64,000 nucleotides of DNA from Candidatus Limivicinus sp. (GTDB taxonomy: Bacteria > Bacillota > Clostridia > Oscillospirales > Oscillospiraceae). The notes beneath the pieces are model-generated. The model was not told the origin of the DNA. It was given only the letters and a program-made list of their open reading frames with translations, and made no database searches. This document shows, piece after piece, positions 19,057-27,575 of the stretch; position 1 is the first letter of the stretch; every line of letters starts with the position of its first letter. The stretch lies in NCBI GenBank assembly GCA_045640405.1, contig JAZUEY010000070.1:39751-103750 (forward strand), read 5' to 3'. The position numbers were made by a program, and so were the translations under genes.

Positions 19057-20061
19057 TTAAAACGGTTTTTCCACAAAGCCTACACGCTTTGCAACCTTTC
19101 TCAGCGTTTTTCTTGCAATATAGGAAGCGCGCTCCGCGCCTGTGGCATAGATTGACTTGAGATATTCCTTGTCCTTGGTAATGCGCTCGGCCTCTTCGCG
19201 AACCGGTCTCAGCGTCTCGATGACGGCTTCCCCGACGGCCGGCTTGAAGGCGCCGTAGCCCTGGCCTTCGAATTCCTTCTCTATCTCGGCATAGGTCTTT
19301 CCGGTAACCGATGAGTAGATGCTCATGAGGTTGGATACGCCAGGCTTTTCATCCGGTGCATAGCGTACGCATCTCTCCGTGTCGGAGTCGGTAATGGCGC
19401 GCTTGAACTTTCTCGCTATCTCCTCGGGCGGATCCATCAGGAACACGCAGCCCGTCGGGTCCGACTTGCTCATCTTGCTGGTCGGGTCGGAAAGGCTCAT
19501 GATTCTCGCGCCCACTTTCGGGATGTAGGGCTCCGGAACCACGAAAGTGTCTCCGTAGAGATTGTTGAAGCGGATGGCCACATCGCGTGTGAGTTCCACA
19601 TGCTGCTTCTGGTCGGCACCCACGGGAACATAGTGGGCGTTGTAAAGCAGAATGTCGGCCGCCATCAGCGTCGGGTAGGTAAACAAACCGCCCGTGATGT
19701 TGTCCTTATGCTTGGCGCTTTTATCCTTGAACTGCGTCATGCGGCTCAGTTCACCGAACTGCGTGTAGCAGTTCAGAATCCATCCCAGCTCGGCATGCTC
19801 GTGAACATGGCTCTGGATGAAGAGGATGTTCTTCTCCGGGTCAAGCCCGCATGCGATGTACTGTGCCAGCTGTGCCGTCGAACGGCGGCGGAGTTCCGCC
19901 GGGTCCTGGCGAACGGTTATGGCGTGTTCGTCCACTATGCAGTATATGCAGTTATAATCATCCGAAAGGTCCACCCAGTTCTTGATGGCTCCGAGGTAGT
20001 TGCCCAGATGCAGGTCGCCGGAAGGCTGGATTCCGGAAAACATTGTCTTTTTTTCTTCCAT
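19057..20061 (-). CDS. trpS: Tryptophan--tRNA ligase
   Basis: FSGIQPSGDLHLGNYLGAI (HIGH-type) and KMSKSD. Confidence 0.95.
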   Translation of the reverse strand: MEEKKTMFSGIQPSGDLHLGNYLGAIKNWVDLSDDYNCIYCIVDEHAITVRQDPAELRRRSTAQLAQYIACGLDPEKNILFIQSHVHEHAELGWILNCYTQFGELSRMTQFKDKSAKHKDNITGGLFTYPTLMAADILLYNAHYVPVGADQKQHVELTRDVAIRFNNLYGDTFVVPEPYIPKVGARIMSLSDPTSKMSKSDPTGCVFLMDPPEEIARKFKRAITDSDTERCVRYAPDEKPGVSNLMSIYSSVTGKTYAEIEKEFEGQGYGAFKPAVGEAVIETLRPVREEAERITKDKEYLKSIYATGAERASYIARKTLRKVAKRVGFVEKPF

Positions 20062-20153
20062 TTTTTCTTCCTTAATTGTTCAAAAAATAAACCAATATAT
20101 TTTACCAAAATAAGTTGACCTAAACAAGTGTTTAATCTAAAATATAAAATACT

Positions 20154-21581
20154 ATGGTTAGAACAAGATTTGCCCCTTCGCCGACGGGGTATATGCATGT
20201 CGGCAATCTGAGAACTGCCCTTTACACCTACCTCATTGCAAGGCATGCGGGCGGCAAATTCATACTCAGAATCGAAGATACCGATCGCGGCCGTCTCGTT
20301 GAGGGCGCGACGGATGTTATTTACAAAACGCTTGCCGAGTGCCACCTTGAGCATGATGAAGGGCCCGACGTTGGAGGAGAATATGGCCCTTATGTTCAGT
20401 CTGAGCGTATGCATATGTACATGCCTTATGCTCTGCAGCTGGTGGAAAACGGCTCGGCTTACCGCTGCTTCTGCGAAAAGGCCGAAGAGGAAGATGAGGC
20501 TTCTGCCTCCTTTGACAAGGTTGACGACCCCTGCCGGACTCTTTCCAAAGAGGAAAGCGATGCCAGGGCTGCCGTCGGTGAGCCTTTCGTCATCCGCCAG
20601 AAGATTCCGCACGAAGGAACCACCACCTTCCACGATGAGATTTTCGGTGATATCACCGTTGAAAATTCCACGCTGGATGACCAGGTCCTGATAAAGCGTG
20701 ACGGTTTCCCAACGTATAATTTCGCCAACGTAATCGATGACCATCTGATGGCCATCTCGCATGTCGTCCGCGGCAGCGAATACCTCTCTTCCGCGCCGAA
20801 GTACAATCTTCTCTATGAAGCTTTCGGCTGGGAGATTCCCAAATATGTCCACTGCTCCCCTGTCATGCGGGATGCTCACAACAAGATGTCCAAACGCCAC
20901 GGCGACCCTTCCTATGAGGATCTCATAGCCCAGGGCTATCTCACCGATGCCGTTCTCAACTATGTCGCCCTTCTGGGCTGGAGCCCCGGAGGCGAACAGG
21001 AAATATACTCTCTTGACGAGCTCAAGGAAGTATTCGATCTGAAGGGCATTTCCAAGTCCCCCGCTATTTTTGACATTGACAAGCTCCGTCATTTCAATGC
21101 GGAGTACATCCGTGCCATGAGTGCCGAAGATTTTGCCGCCGTTGCCGAGCCCTATATCCGTCAGGCCGTCAAAAATCCCGCCATCAACCCGGCTGAGATT
21201 GCGGCTCTTCTGCAGCAGCGCACCGAGGTTTTGACCGACATTCCCCCGAAGCTCGGCTTCTTCGATGCTCTCCCGGAATACGGTTCCGAGCTCTTTGTCC
21301 ACGAAAAGAGCAAGAGCACTCTGGAAACCGCTCTTTCCGTCCTAGATGCCATCATTCCCATGTTTGAGGCTGTGGACGACTGGAAGGATGAAAACATCCT
21401 TGCCGTCATGACCGCTCTGGTCGAAAAGATGGGCTGCAAGAAGAGTGTCGTCATGTGGCCCGTCCGCATCGCCGCTGCCGGCATGCTTGTAACGCCGGGC
21501 GGTGCGGTTGAAATCTGCCGCATTCTCGGCAAAGAGGAAACGCTTCGCAGGCTGAACATCGGCCTTACAAAGCTTAAATGA
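20154..21581 (+). CDS. gltX: Glutamate--tRNA ligase
   Basis: RFAPSPTGYMHVGNLRTAL and KMSKRHG. Confidence 0.95.
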   Translation: MVRTRFAPSPTGYMHVGNLRTALYTYLIARHAGGKFILRIEDTDRGRLVEGATDVIYKTLAECHLEHDEGPDVGGEYGPYVQSERMHMYMPYALQLVENGSAYRCFCEKAEEEDEASASFDKVDDPCRTLSKEESDARAAVGEPFVIRQKIPHEGTTTFHDEIFGDITVENSTLDDQVLIKRDGFPTYNFANVIDDHLMAISHVVRGSEYLSSAPKYNLLYEAFGWEIPKYVHCSPVMRDAHNKMSKRHGDPSYEDLIAQGYLTDAVLNYVALLGWSPGGEQEIYSLDELKEVFDLKGISKSPAIFDIDKLRHFNAEYIRAMSAEDFAAVAEPYIRQAVKNPAINPAEIAALLQQRTEVLTDIPPKLGFFDALPEYGSELFVHEKSKSTLETALSVLDAIIPMFEAVDDWKDENILAVMTALVEKMGCKKSVVMWPVRIAAAGMLVTPGGAVEICRILGKEETLRRLNIGLTKLK

Positions 21582-22273
21582 CTTCTTATATCATCTCCGC
21601 CGCAGAGCCGGAGGCTGCCTACCGGAAAGCCCTTGAAATGGCGGCCGATTTTACCGGCAAACCGGAAAAGGTCTTTTCCGGCAACCACCCGGATGTGATT
21701 GTCTGCCGTCGTGCCGAGGGCAAAACCGTCTTCACGGTGGACAAAATGCGCGAAATCGTGGCCGACAGTGCCGTTCTGCCGAACGAATCTCCCTGCAAGG
21801 TTTACATTATCTACGACGGTGAGTTCATGAATACCGAAGCGCAGAATGCTGCCCTGAAGATTCTCGAGGAGCCCCCTTCCTATGTAGTCTTTATTCTGAT
21901 TACGTCGCACGCCTCCTCGTTTCTGCCGACGGTGCGCTCCCGCTGCGCCGAAATCAACATCAACTCCGCTTCCTCGAGCAGCAGCGAAGCCGAATCGTTT
22001 GCGCTGGAAGTGCTCCGGCTTCTCTCTGCGGGAGATAAAACCGGATTGATTAAGTTCTGCGAAAGCAGCAATAAGATAAGCAATGCGGTATGCCGCGATT
22101 ATTTCTCCGCCATCAATTCCGTGATTGCGGATATTCTCTGTGCACGCCGGCCCAACCCCGGCCTCGGTGAAGAGGCTCTTTTCGCCCTGTCGGCCCTTGC
22201 GGATAAATGCATCCGTTATTTAAGTGCCAATGTCGGCGTCAAAACAGTATTCGGCATACTCGAAAGTTCCTGA
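21578..22273 (+). CDS. holB: DNA polymerase III delta-prime subunit-like protein, compact form
   Basis: GNHPDV, NAALKILEEPP, TVRSRC. Located immediately upstream of ricT as in other Firmicutes. The P-loop position is degenerate (AAEPEAAY). ATGA overlap with gltX. Confidence 0.7.
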   Translation: MTSYIISAAEPEAAYRKALEMAADFTGKPEKVFSGNHPDVIVCRRAEGKTVFTVDKMREIVADSAVLPNESPCKVYIIYDGEFMNTEAQNAALKILEEPPSYVVFILITSHASSFLPTVRSRCAEININSASSSSSEAESFALEVLRLLSAGDKTGLIKFCESSNKISNAVCRDYFSAINSVIADILCARRPNPGLGEEALFALSALADKCIRYLSANVGVKTVFGILESS

Positions 22274-22285
22274 GGAATCCATATA

Positions 22286-23137
22286 ATGAACGAACACGAA
22301 GCATTAGAAATTTGCAAAGAAAGAGTAGCAGCCCACAACCTCGAAATGAAGCTGGTCGGCTGCGAAATAAACCCGGAAGAAAACAAGACTCTGTTCTATT
22401 TCACCGCTGACGGAAGAATCGACTTCCGCGAACTCGTCAAGGACCTTGCTGCGGTTTTTCACAACCGCATCGAGTTGCGGCAGATCGGTGTCCGTGACGA
22501 GGCAAAAATGCTCGGCGGCATCGGTATCTGCGGCAGGCCCTACTGCTGCAAGGAGTTCCTGTGCGATTTCGCGCCCGTCTCCACCAAGATGGCGAAGGTG
22601 CAGAGTCTCTCCCTCAACCCCACGAAGATTTCCGGCTCCTGCGGCCGACTGATGTGCTGTCTGCGCTATGAGGAGGACGCCTACGAGGAGCTGGTTCAGA
22701 CCGTTCCCAAGCAGGGTGCCTTTGTGGAAACGCCGGACGGGTACGGCACCGCCGTTTTCGTCAATCTTCTTCGTCAGCAGGTCAAGGTCAAGCTTGACAG
22801 TGACCCGGACGATTCCGGCCGTATCTACAAGGCCAAGCAGGTGGCGGCCGTTCCCGGCGGAAGGCCGAAGGACGGCGAAACACCTCCGCATGTTCTCCAC
22901 TACAATCCCGATGAAGATGACGACGAACCTATCGAAGAACCCGACCCGTGGGAATCTCCGGAGTTCTTTGTCTCCGGCGAATCCTCCGACGACGGCGTGA
23001 CGGTTGAAATCACAGAGGAAGATTCCAAAGACGGGAAATCGAAGAATTCCCATCACCGCCGGTTCCGGCGCAACCGTCGATACGGTAAAAACAAAAAATC
23101 CCGCTCCGGCGCCAAGGATAAGGAGGCCGCCAAATGA
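22286..23137 (+). CDS. ricT: PSP1-domain protein (YaaT/RicT-like), N-terminally short with a charged C-terminal tail
   Basis: FYFTADGRIDFRELVKDLAAVF, IELRQIGVRDEAKMLGGIGICGRPYCCKEFL, LNPTKISGSCGRLMCCLRYE. Confidence 0.8.
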   Translation: MNEHEALEICKERVAAHNLEMKLVGCEINPEENKTLFYFTADGRIDFRELVKDLAAVFHNRIELRQIGVRDEAKMLGGIGICGRPYCCKEFLCDFAPVSTKMAKVQSLSLNPTKISGSCGRLMCCLRYEEDAYEELVQTVPKQGAFVETPDGYGTAVFVNLLRQQVKVKLDSDPDDSGRIYKAKQVAAVPGGRPKDGETPPHVLHYNPDEDDDEPIEEPDPWESPEFFVSGESSDDGVTVEITEEDSKDGKSKNSHHRRFRRNRRYGKNKKSRSGAKDKEAAK

Positions 23138-23877
23138 CAGGTGCCGCTTCGTTCCTCAATTCCTTTTTTTCGGGCTATGACGCTGCCATTCTCGGCATGT
23201 TGCACGGCCTTGCCTGCGGGTTCTTGACTTTTCTTTTTAAGCTCATAACCCTTCTAGGCGAAAAGGGCATTCTGTTTTTCCTCGCCGCTCTTGTTTTCAT
23301 GTATTTCCCGAAAACGAGAAAGCTGGGTGTGTGTCTGTTCGGTGCGGTCGCCTGCGGTGCTCTGATTACCAACATCATCCTAAAGGATGCCGTTGCGAGG
23401 CCGCGGCCGTTCGAAACCGTGGATCTTTACCGGCAGTACTGGCAGGCCGTAGGCTCCCCTGCGGAGGACGGATTCTCCTTCCCCTCCGGGCACGTCACGG
23501 CGGCAGCGGCCGGGTGCACGGCCATCTGTCTTATGGAAGGCAAAAAGTGGATTGCGCCGTCCGCCATCTGGGTTTTCCTGATGATGGTCGCCAGAAACTA
23601 TCTTATGGCGCACTATCCCTCCGATGTTCTTGTTGCTTTGATTATCGGCGTTGCCAGCGGCTACATTGCCTGGATTATCACCAAGTTCCTGTACAGCAAA
23701 TTCCAAAAGCTGTTCCTGGTTCCGCTTCCGGTTCCCGCTTTCATCCAAGAGCTTCCCGACAAGCTCCCGAAACTGCCCAAGCTGCCCGAACTTTCGAACC
23801 TTCCCAAGCTCCCGAAGATTTCGCTCGGCTCGGTCGTGAAAAAGAACACCTACGTCGGAAAACACGAAAAGAAGTAA
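23134..23877 (+). CDS. PAP2-family lipid phosphatase
   Basis: KDAVARPRP, SFPSGH, HYPSDV. The C-terminal tail carries LPKLPKLPELSNLPKLPK repeats. Confidence 0.85.
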   Translation: MTGAASFLNSFFSGYDAAILGMLHGLACGFLTFLFKLITLLGEKGILFFLAALVFMYFPKTRKLGVCLFGAVACGALITNIILKDAVARPRPFETVDLYRQYWQAVGSPAEDGFSFPSGHVTAAAAGCTAICLMEGKKWIAPSAIWVFLMMVARNYLMAHYPSDVLVALIIGVASGYIAWIITKFLYSKFQKLFLVPLPVPAFIQELPDKLPKLPKLPELSNLPKLPKISLGSVVKKNTYVGKHEKK

Positions 23878-23888
23878 ATATGTAGAAA

Positions 23889-23925
23889 ACGAGAGCCCGT
23901 CGTCCCGACGGGCTCTCGTTATTTG
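23889..23925 (+). terminator. Rho-independent terminator
   Basis: ACGAGAGCCCGTCG-TCC-CGACGGGCTCTCGT followed by a T-rich tail. Confidence 0.8.
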
Positions 23926-23975
23926 ATTCAGGTCTTAATATAATACACGAGCTTCACTCGTATTCTTTTTGATTT

Positions 23976-24036
23976 CTCCTCCCTTTGGGAGGAGGTGCCG
24001 CCTGCGGCGGAGGAGGGTTGCTCGCGGAGCGAGCAA
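23976..24036. repeat. Array of three consecutive short GC-rich hairpins
   Basis: CTCCTCCC-TTT-GGGAGGAG; CCGCC-TGC-GGCGG; TTGCTCGC-GGA-GCGAGCAA. GGAGGAGG occurs twice in direct orientation. Confidence 0.5.
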
Positions 24037-24092
24037 TGCTGAACCTTCGGCTGCAGTCCCTGTCGTGCGCAAAGACGCCTCGCGCAATTCAT

Positions 24093-24416
24093 TTATAATG
24101 CCAAAATATCATCAGAATATATTGGCAACTTTGCAGAAAGAAATCTTAAATAAATAACTGTCTTATTCTTTTCATCTACCTTGAAAAAAATACTGTAATT
24201 TCCAACCGGTGAATGACGAAAGCTCTTCTCGTTAAAATACCAATATGAACAGTCTGGGAAGCTTAGCGGCATCACGGAAATTGATGTAATCTCTTCTTTT
24301 ACCTTTTTATACAGGTTCTTTGCGGCATTCGCATTATTCAGATGCACTTCTAAATAATCAAGTGCTGATTCTAAATCGGAGAAGAAGAATTTTGAGAACT
24401 GTCTCTTATATGCCAT
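24093..24416 (-). CDS. Type II toxin, RelE/ParE family
   Basis: Start MAYKRQFSKFFFSDLESALDYL. Core VGNYSIFFKVDEKNKTVIYLRFL. Overlaps the antitoxin 3' end by 11 nt. Confidence 0.75.
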   Translation of the reverse strand: MAYKRQFSKFFFSDLESALDYLEVHLNNANAAKNLYKKVKEEITSISVMPLSFPDCSYWYFNEKSFRHSPVGNYSIFFKVDEKNKTVIYLRFLSAKLPIYSDDILAL

Positions 24417-24666
24417 ATTTCCTGTCCAAAGAGGCGAATTCTGCATTACCGTCGGTGTAAATACCGTTGTCAACCTGGTCGGCTGCTGCTTTTATGGCAT
24501 CATGAACGGCAACTCTGCCGCAAATGTTCTCATAAGATAACATGCTCATAACCACCATGTCCCCATATCCGTTTTTTGTCACAAATATCGGTTCATCAGA
24601 ATTATGGCACATCTCTGATATTCTTGTGGTGTCGCGCAAATCTTTAATTGGAATAATCTGTGGCAT
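24406..24666 (-). CDS. Type II antitoxin, Phd/YefM family
   Basis: MPQIIPIKDLRDTTRISEMCHNSDEPIFVTKNGYGDMVVMSMLSYE is a typical Phd/YefM N-terminal fold sequence. Confidence 0.8.
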   Translation of the reverse strand: MPQIIPIKDLRDTTRISEMCHNSDEPIFVTKNGYGDMVVMSMLSYENICGRVAVHDAIKAAADQVDNGIYTDGNAEFASLDRKYGI

Positions 24667-24683
24667 TTATTATCCCTCACTTT

Positions 24684-24719
24684 CAACATAATAATAGCAT
24701 AATTATGTTGGCATTTCAA
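24684..24719 (-). promoter_or_regulatory. Putative TA promoter with overlapping inverted-repeat operator
   Basis: On the minus strand: TTGAAA (24719-24714), 17-nt spacer, TATTAT (24696-24691). Perfect 9-bp inverted repeat CAACATAAT / ATTATGTTG (24684-24692 and 24702-24710) spans the -10 region. An AGGGA RBS precedes the ATG. Confidence 0.5.
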
Positions 24720-24940
24720 TATTAGCAAGTTTCGAATCGCTTGTTCCGGCTAAAGCCGCCTTCTTAATCGCTGAGGTACTCAGCGCACCTCAATCATTCT
24801 TCATTCTTCTTTTCTTCATTCGTCAAAACCACTTCGAACTCCGGCTCTCCGGTTCTGCGGCTCTGCGGTACTCTCTTCCCTCTTCTCGTTTCTCTATTCT
24901 CTAAGCTCTCTAAGCTCCAAGCTCCTATTCCAAATCCTTC

Positions 24941-25000
24941 GGCTCGCACTCCTGCGAGCCTACCTTCCCTCACTGCTTGGCTGCTCACTGCTCGCCCCTC
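24941..25000. repeat. Pyrimidine-rich hairpin repeat, copy A (family shared with 62122-62175 and, inverted, 61651-61685)
   Basis: GGCTCGCACTCCTGCGAGCCTACCTTCCCTCACTGCTTGGCTGCTCACTGCTCGCCCCTC aligns with GGCTCGCGCACCTGCGAGCCTACCTTCACTCACTGCTCGCTGCTCGTCCCTCGC. Confidence 0.7.
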
Positions 25001-25223
25001 AAATCTCTTCACTGCGGAGCTCGCTCCGCTTCGCTCCACCGCCCAACCATGTGGTTACACGGTCACCCGGGGGCTGTAGCAAAATAGCCCCTTCTACGTT
25101 CGTTCTTTATATGCTTCTTGAGAAATTCTAAAAACAGAAAATAAACTTCAAAAATCTGGTTACATTGGCTACAAATCGATTATTATTCATACAGAAGGGC
25201 GGATGATGTCATCCGCCCCTACG

Positions 25224-25546
25224 TTAGTCGCGAAGCTCCGCTTCGCACCTCTGCACGAATTCTCTGAATCGTGGGAGTGTGAAGTCAAGGTGTGCATATT
25301 GAGTCTGATGAATTAGGCCCTTTTTGATCAGTCGATTTCGATAAACAGAAAAGCTTGAGGAAGTCATTCCTGCCTTCTCGCGGATTTTCTCCACCTTTGT
25401 TTCGGTGGTCGATGCGCCATAGCGCATAAAACAGTCTGATCATTTCCGGAAAGCTCGCTCCAGATTTTCTCGTAGACATACTGTTCCAGGGCCGCATCAT
25501 GTTCTGTTATGACCTCTGTGTAAGGAAGCTTTTCTTTTATAAGTCT
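25224..25546 (-). pseudogene. Frameshifted C-terminal remnant of an ATPase-associated winged-helix protein
   Basis: Two adjacent frames read ...YVYEKIWSELSGNDQTVLCAMA and ...TKVEKIREKAGMTSSSFSVYRNRLIKKGLIHQTQYAHLDFTLPRFREFV. No N-terminal ATPase part is present. Confidence 0.55.
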
Positions 25547-25728
25547 TTATAACTTTCGCAAGCATTTAATGAAAAAACTATAAAATCATTGCAAGCAGGG
25601 GCGGTTCAGTGAACCGCCCCCACGTTTATCAATTATTTATATTATCAAAATCTGAAGAAAAGCTCCGCTTTTCAACTACAATCATTCTTCATTTATCATT
25701 CGTCATTAACTGCGAAGCTTCGCTTCGC

Positions 25729-27255
25729 TTACGCTTTTACGCTTTCGAATTCCTCAACGATTTCTTTGTCCGGTTCCTTTGTGCAGAGGGATACGACCAC
25801 AATGAGTATGCAGGACACGACGAATGCCGGGAGCAGTTCGTAAATCGTGAATATGCCGCCGAGCTTGGCTATGCCGAACTTCCAGATGAAGACCATAGCG
25901 GCGCCGGAGAACATGCCGGCGATGGCGCCCCACTTGTTGCATCTCTTCCAGAACAGGCCGAAGAGCACTACCGGCCCGAAGGTTGCGCCGAAGCCGGCCC
26001 AGGCGAAGGATACGACACGGAAGATGGAGCTGTTCGGATTCAGTGCAAAGAGGAAGCCGAGTATGGCAATGCCGACGACTGTGATTCTGGCAAGGAGCAT
26101 ATTCTTCTTGTCGCTCAGCTTAAGGCCGCAGACGTCTTCCAGAATGTTCTTGGTAAGGGCGGAAGCGGCGCCGAGAAGCTGGGCATCGGCGGTGGACATC
26201 GTTGCCGCCAGGATACCGGCGAGAATGATGCCGGCTACGATGGCTGCAAACAGGCCGTTCTTTGCAAGAAGGTTTGCAATCCAGACGATGATGTTTTCAG
26301 CCTCGGGTTCGCTGCCGGGCATTGTAATGGCACCGGCCTTGGCCATTGAGAAGCCCACGATGCCGATAATGACGGCGACAAACAAGGAAACCACGCACCA
26401 GATGGAGCCGATGCGGCGGGAGGTCTTCAGCTTGTTCTCGTCTTTAACCGCCATGAAGTGAATAAGAATGTGCGGCATGCCGAAGTAGCCGAGACCCCAT
26501 GCCAGCGTGGAGGCGATCATAAGCGGTGTGTAGGAACCTGCCGCAGACTTGGTAATGTCGGTGCTGGCGGTCAGGCTGAGATAGCCGGGAATCGCCTGCG
26601 CATTAGCCACAACGTTCCCCCAGCCGCCGGCTACCTTGATGCCGAAGAACAGGACGATGATGAGGGAAATCGTCATAACGATGCCCTGAATAAGGCTGGT
26701 TACGGAAGCTGCCATAAATCCGCCCAGGGCACAGTAGATGACGATGACCGTTGCGGAAATGAGCATAGCCGTTACATAGTTCATGCCGAACAGATTGTTG
26801 AACAGTTTGCCGCAGGCGGTAAAGCCGGATGCAACATAGGGCACGAAGAAAACGATGATCATGAGAGCGCCGAGCGTCTCAATAAGCTTGGTGTTGTCCC
26901 GGAAACGCTTTGAAAGGAAGTCCGGAACCGTGATGGCATCGATTCTGGCGCTGTAGAGACGGAGTCTCTTGGCCACAATCAGCCAGTTGAGATAGGTACC
27001 GAGAGAAAGGCCGATTGCCGTCCAGCTTGCCTCTGCCACGCCGCAGAAGAAGGCCAGTCCCGGAACGCCCATAAGCAGATAGGCGCTCATGTCCGAAGCT
27101 TCGGTGCTCATGGCCGTTACAATAGGGCCAAGCTTGCGTCCTGCGAGATAAAAGTCCTCAGACGTGTTGTTGTTTGAATACCGGAAGCCGATAAGCAGCA
27201 TGCCGACGAGGTATGCTATTATCGCAATCAGTATGCAGGTACTTGAAGTTGCCAT
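25729..27255 (-). CDS. putP: Sodium:proline symporter (SSS family)
   Basis: FYLAGRKLGPIVTAMSTEASDMSAYLLMGVPGLAFF, about 13 TM segments, 508 aa. Confidence 0.85.
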   Translation of the reverse strand: MATSSTCILIAIIAYLVGMLLIGFRYSNNNTSEDFYLAGRKLGPIVTAMSTEASDMSAYLLMGVPGLAFFCGVAEASWTAIGLSLGTYLNWLIVAKRLRLYSARIDAITVPDFLSKRFRDNTKLIETLGALMIIVFFVPYVASGFTACGKLFNNLFGMNYVTAMLISATVIVIYCALGGFMAASVTSLIQGIVMTISLIIVLFFGIKVAGGWGNVVANAQAIPGYLSLTASTDITKSAAGSYTPLMIASTLAWGLGYFGMPHILIHFMAVKDENKLKTSRRIGSIWCVVSLFVAVIIGIVGFSMAKAGAITMPGSEPEAENIIVWIANLLAKNGLFAAIVAGIILAGILAATMSTADAQLLGAASALTKNILEDVCGLKLSDKKNMLLARITVVGIAILGFLFALNPNSSIFRVVSFAWAGFGATFGPVVLFGLFWKRCNKWGAIAGMFSGAAMVFIWKFGIAKLGGIFTIYELLPAFVVSCILIVVVSLCTKEPDKEIVEEFESVKA

Positions 27256-27575
27256 TGAGATAATCCTCTTTCATTTTTATGGAAGCGCTGATTAATTCGG
27301 CAAGAGCAGATGATGAGGCAATTCGCTGGATGACGACGGCACTTTTTCGCAGGAATACTTTGTGTATTTCAAGAAAATGTGACTAAGTCAGCCGGATGAA
27401 TTGTCCATCAGATACCGCAGGCGAATTATTCAGCGTTTCCTAAGTACGAAGCGTATTATACGGGTATTTCTTGTATCGGAAAAGTGTGAAAATAACCAAA
27501 AAACTTGAAATCTTTCTTTTTATTATTATAATAGAAATAACTCTAATATTTTTCATAGAAAGATGAATTTTATTC

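Noticed and set aside
20062-20153. Possible T-box leader upstream of trpS or gltX
   Set aside because: The divergent intergenic region is only 92 bp, too short for a T-box riboswitch. I could find no specifier-loop or T-box sequence.
19935-21302. 455-aa minus-strand ORF
   Set aside because: It lies antisense to gltX and runs into the trpS start. It has no recognisable motifs. gltX on the plus strand has unambiguous class I synthetase signatures, so this is a shadow ORF of a GC-rich coding region.
23976-24036. CRISPR-like array
   Set aside because: The three hairpins differ in sequence and are directly adjacent without spacers. No repeat-spacer periodicity and no cas genes occur anywhere in the window.
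24794-25039. 81-aa minus-strand ORF (also 23969-24157, 62 aa)
   Set aside because: These ORFs are read through the pyrimidine-rich hairpin repeats. The translations are low-complexity (R/E/G/S-rich), have no RBS, and are better explained as non-coding repeat sequence.
27256-27575. Possible riboswitch or leader RNA in the 320-bp putP/LysR intergenic region, and a TTCAT-N6-ATGAA palindrome at 27552-27567
   Set aside because: I recognise no conserved riboswitch motif. The palindrome lies directly before the LysR start codon and fits T-N11-A only loosely, so the evidence is too weak to call.
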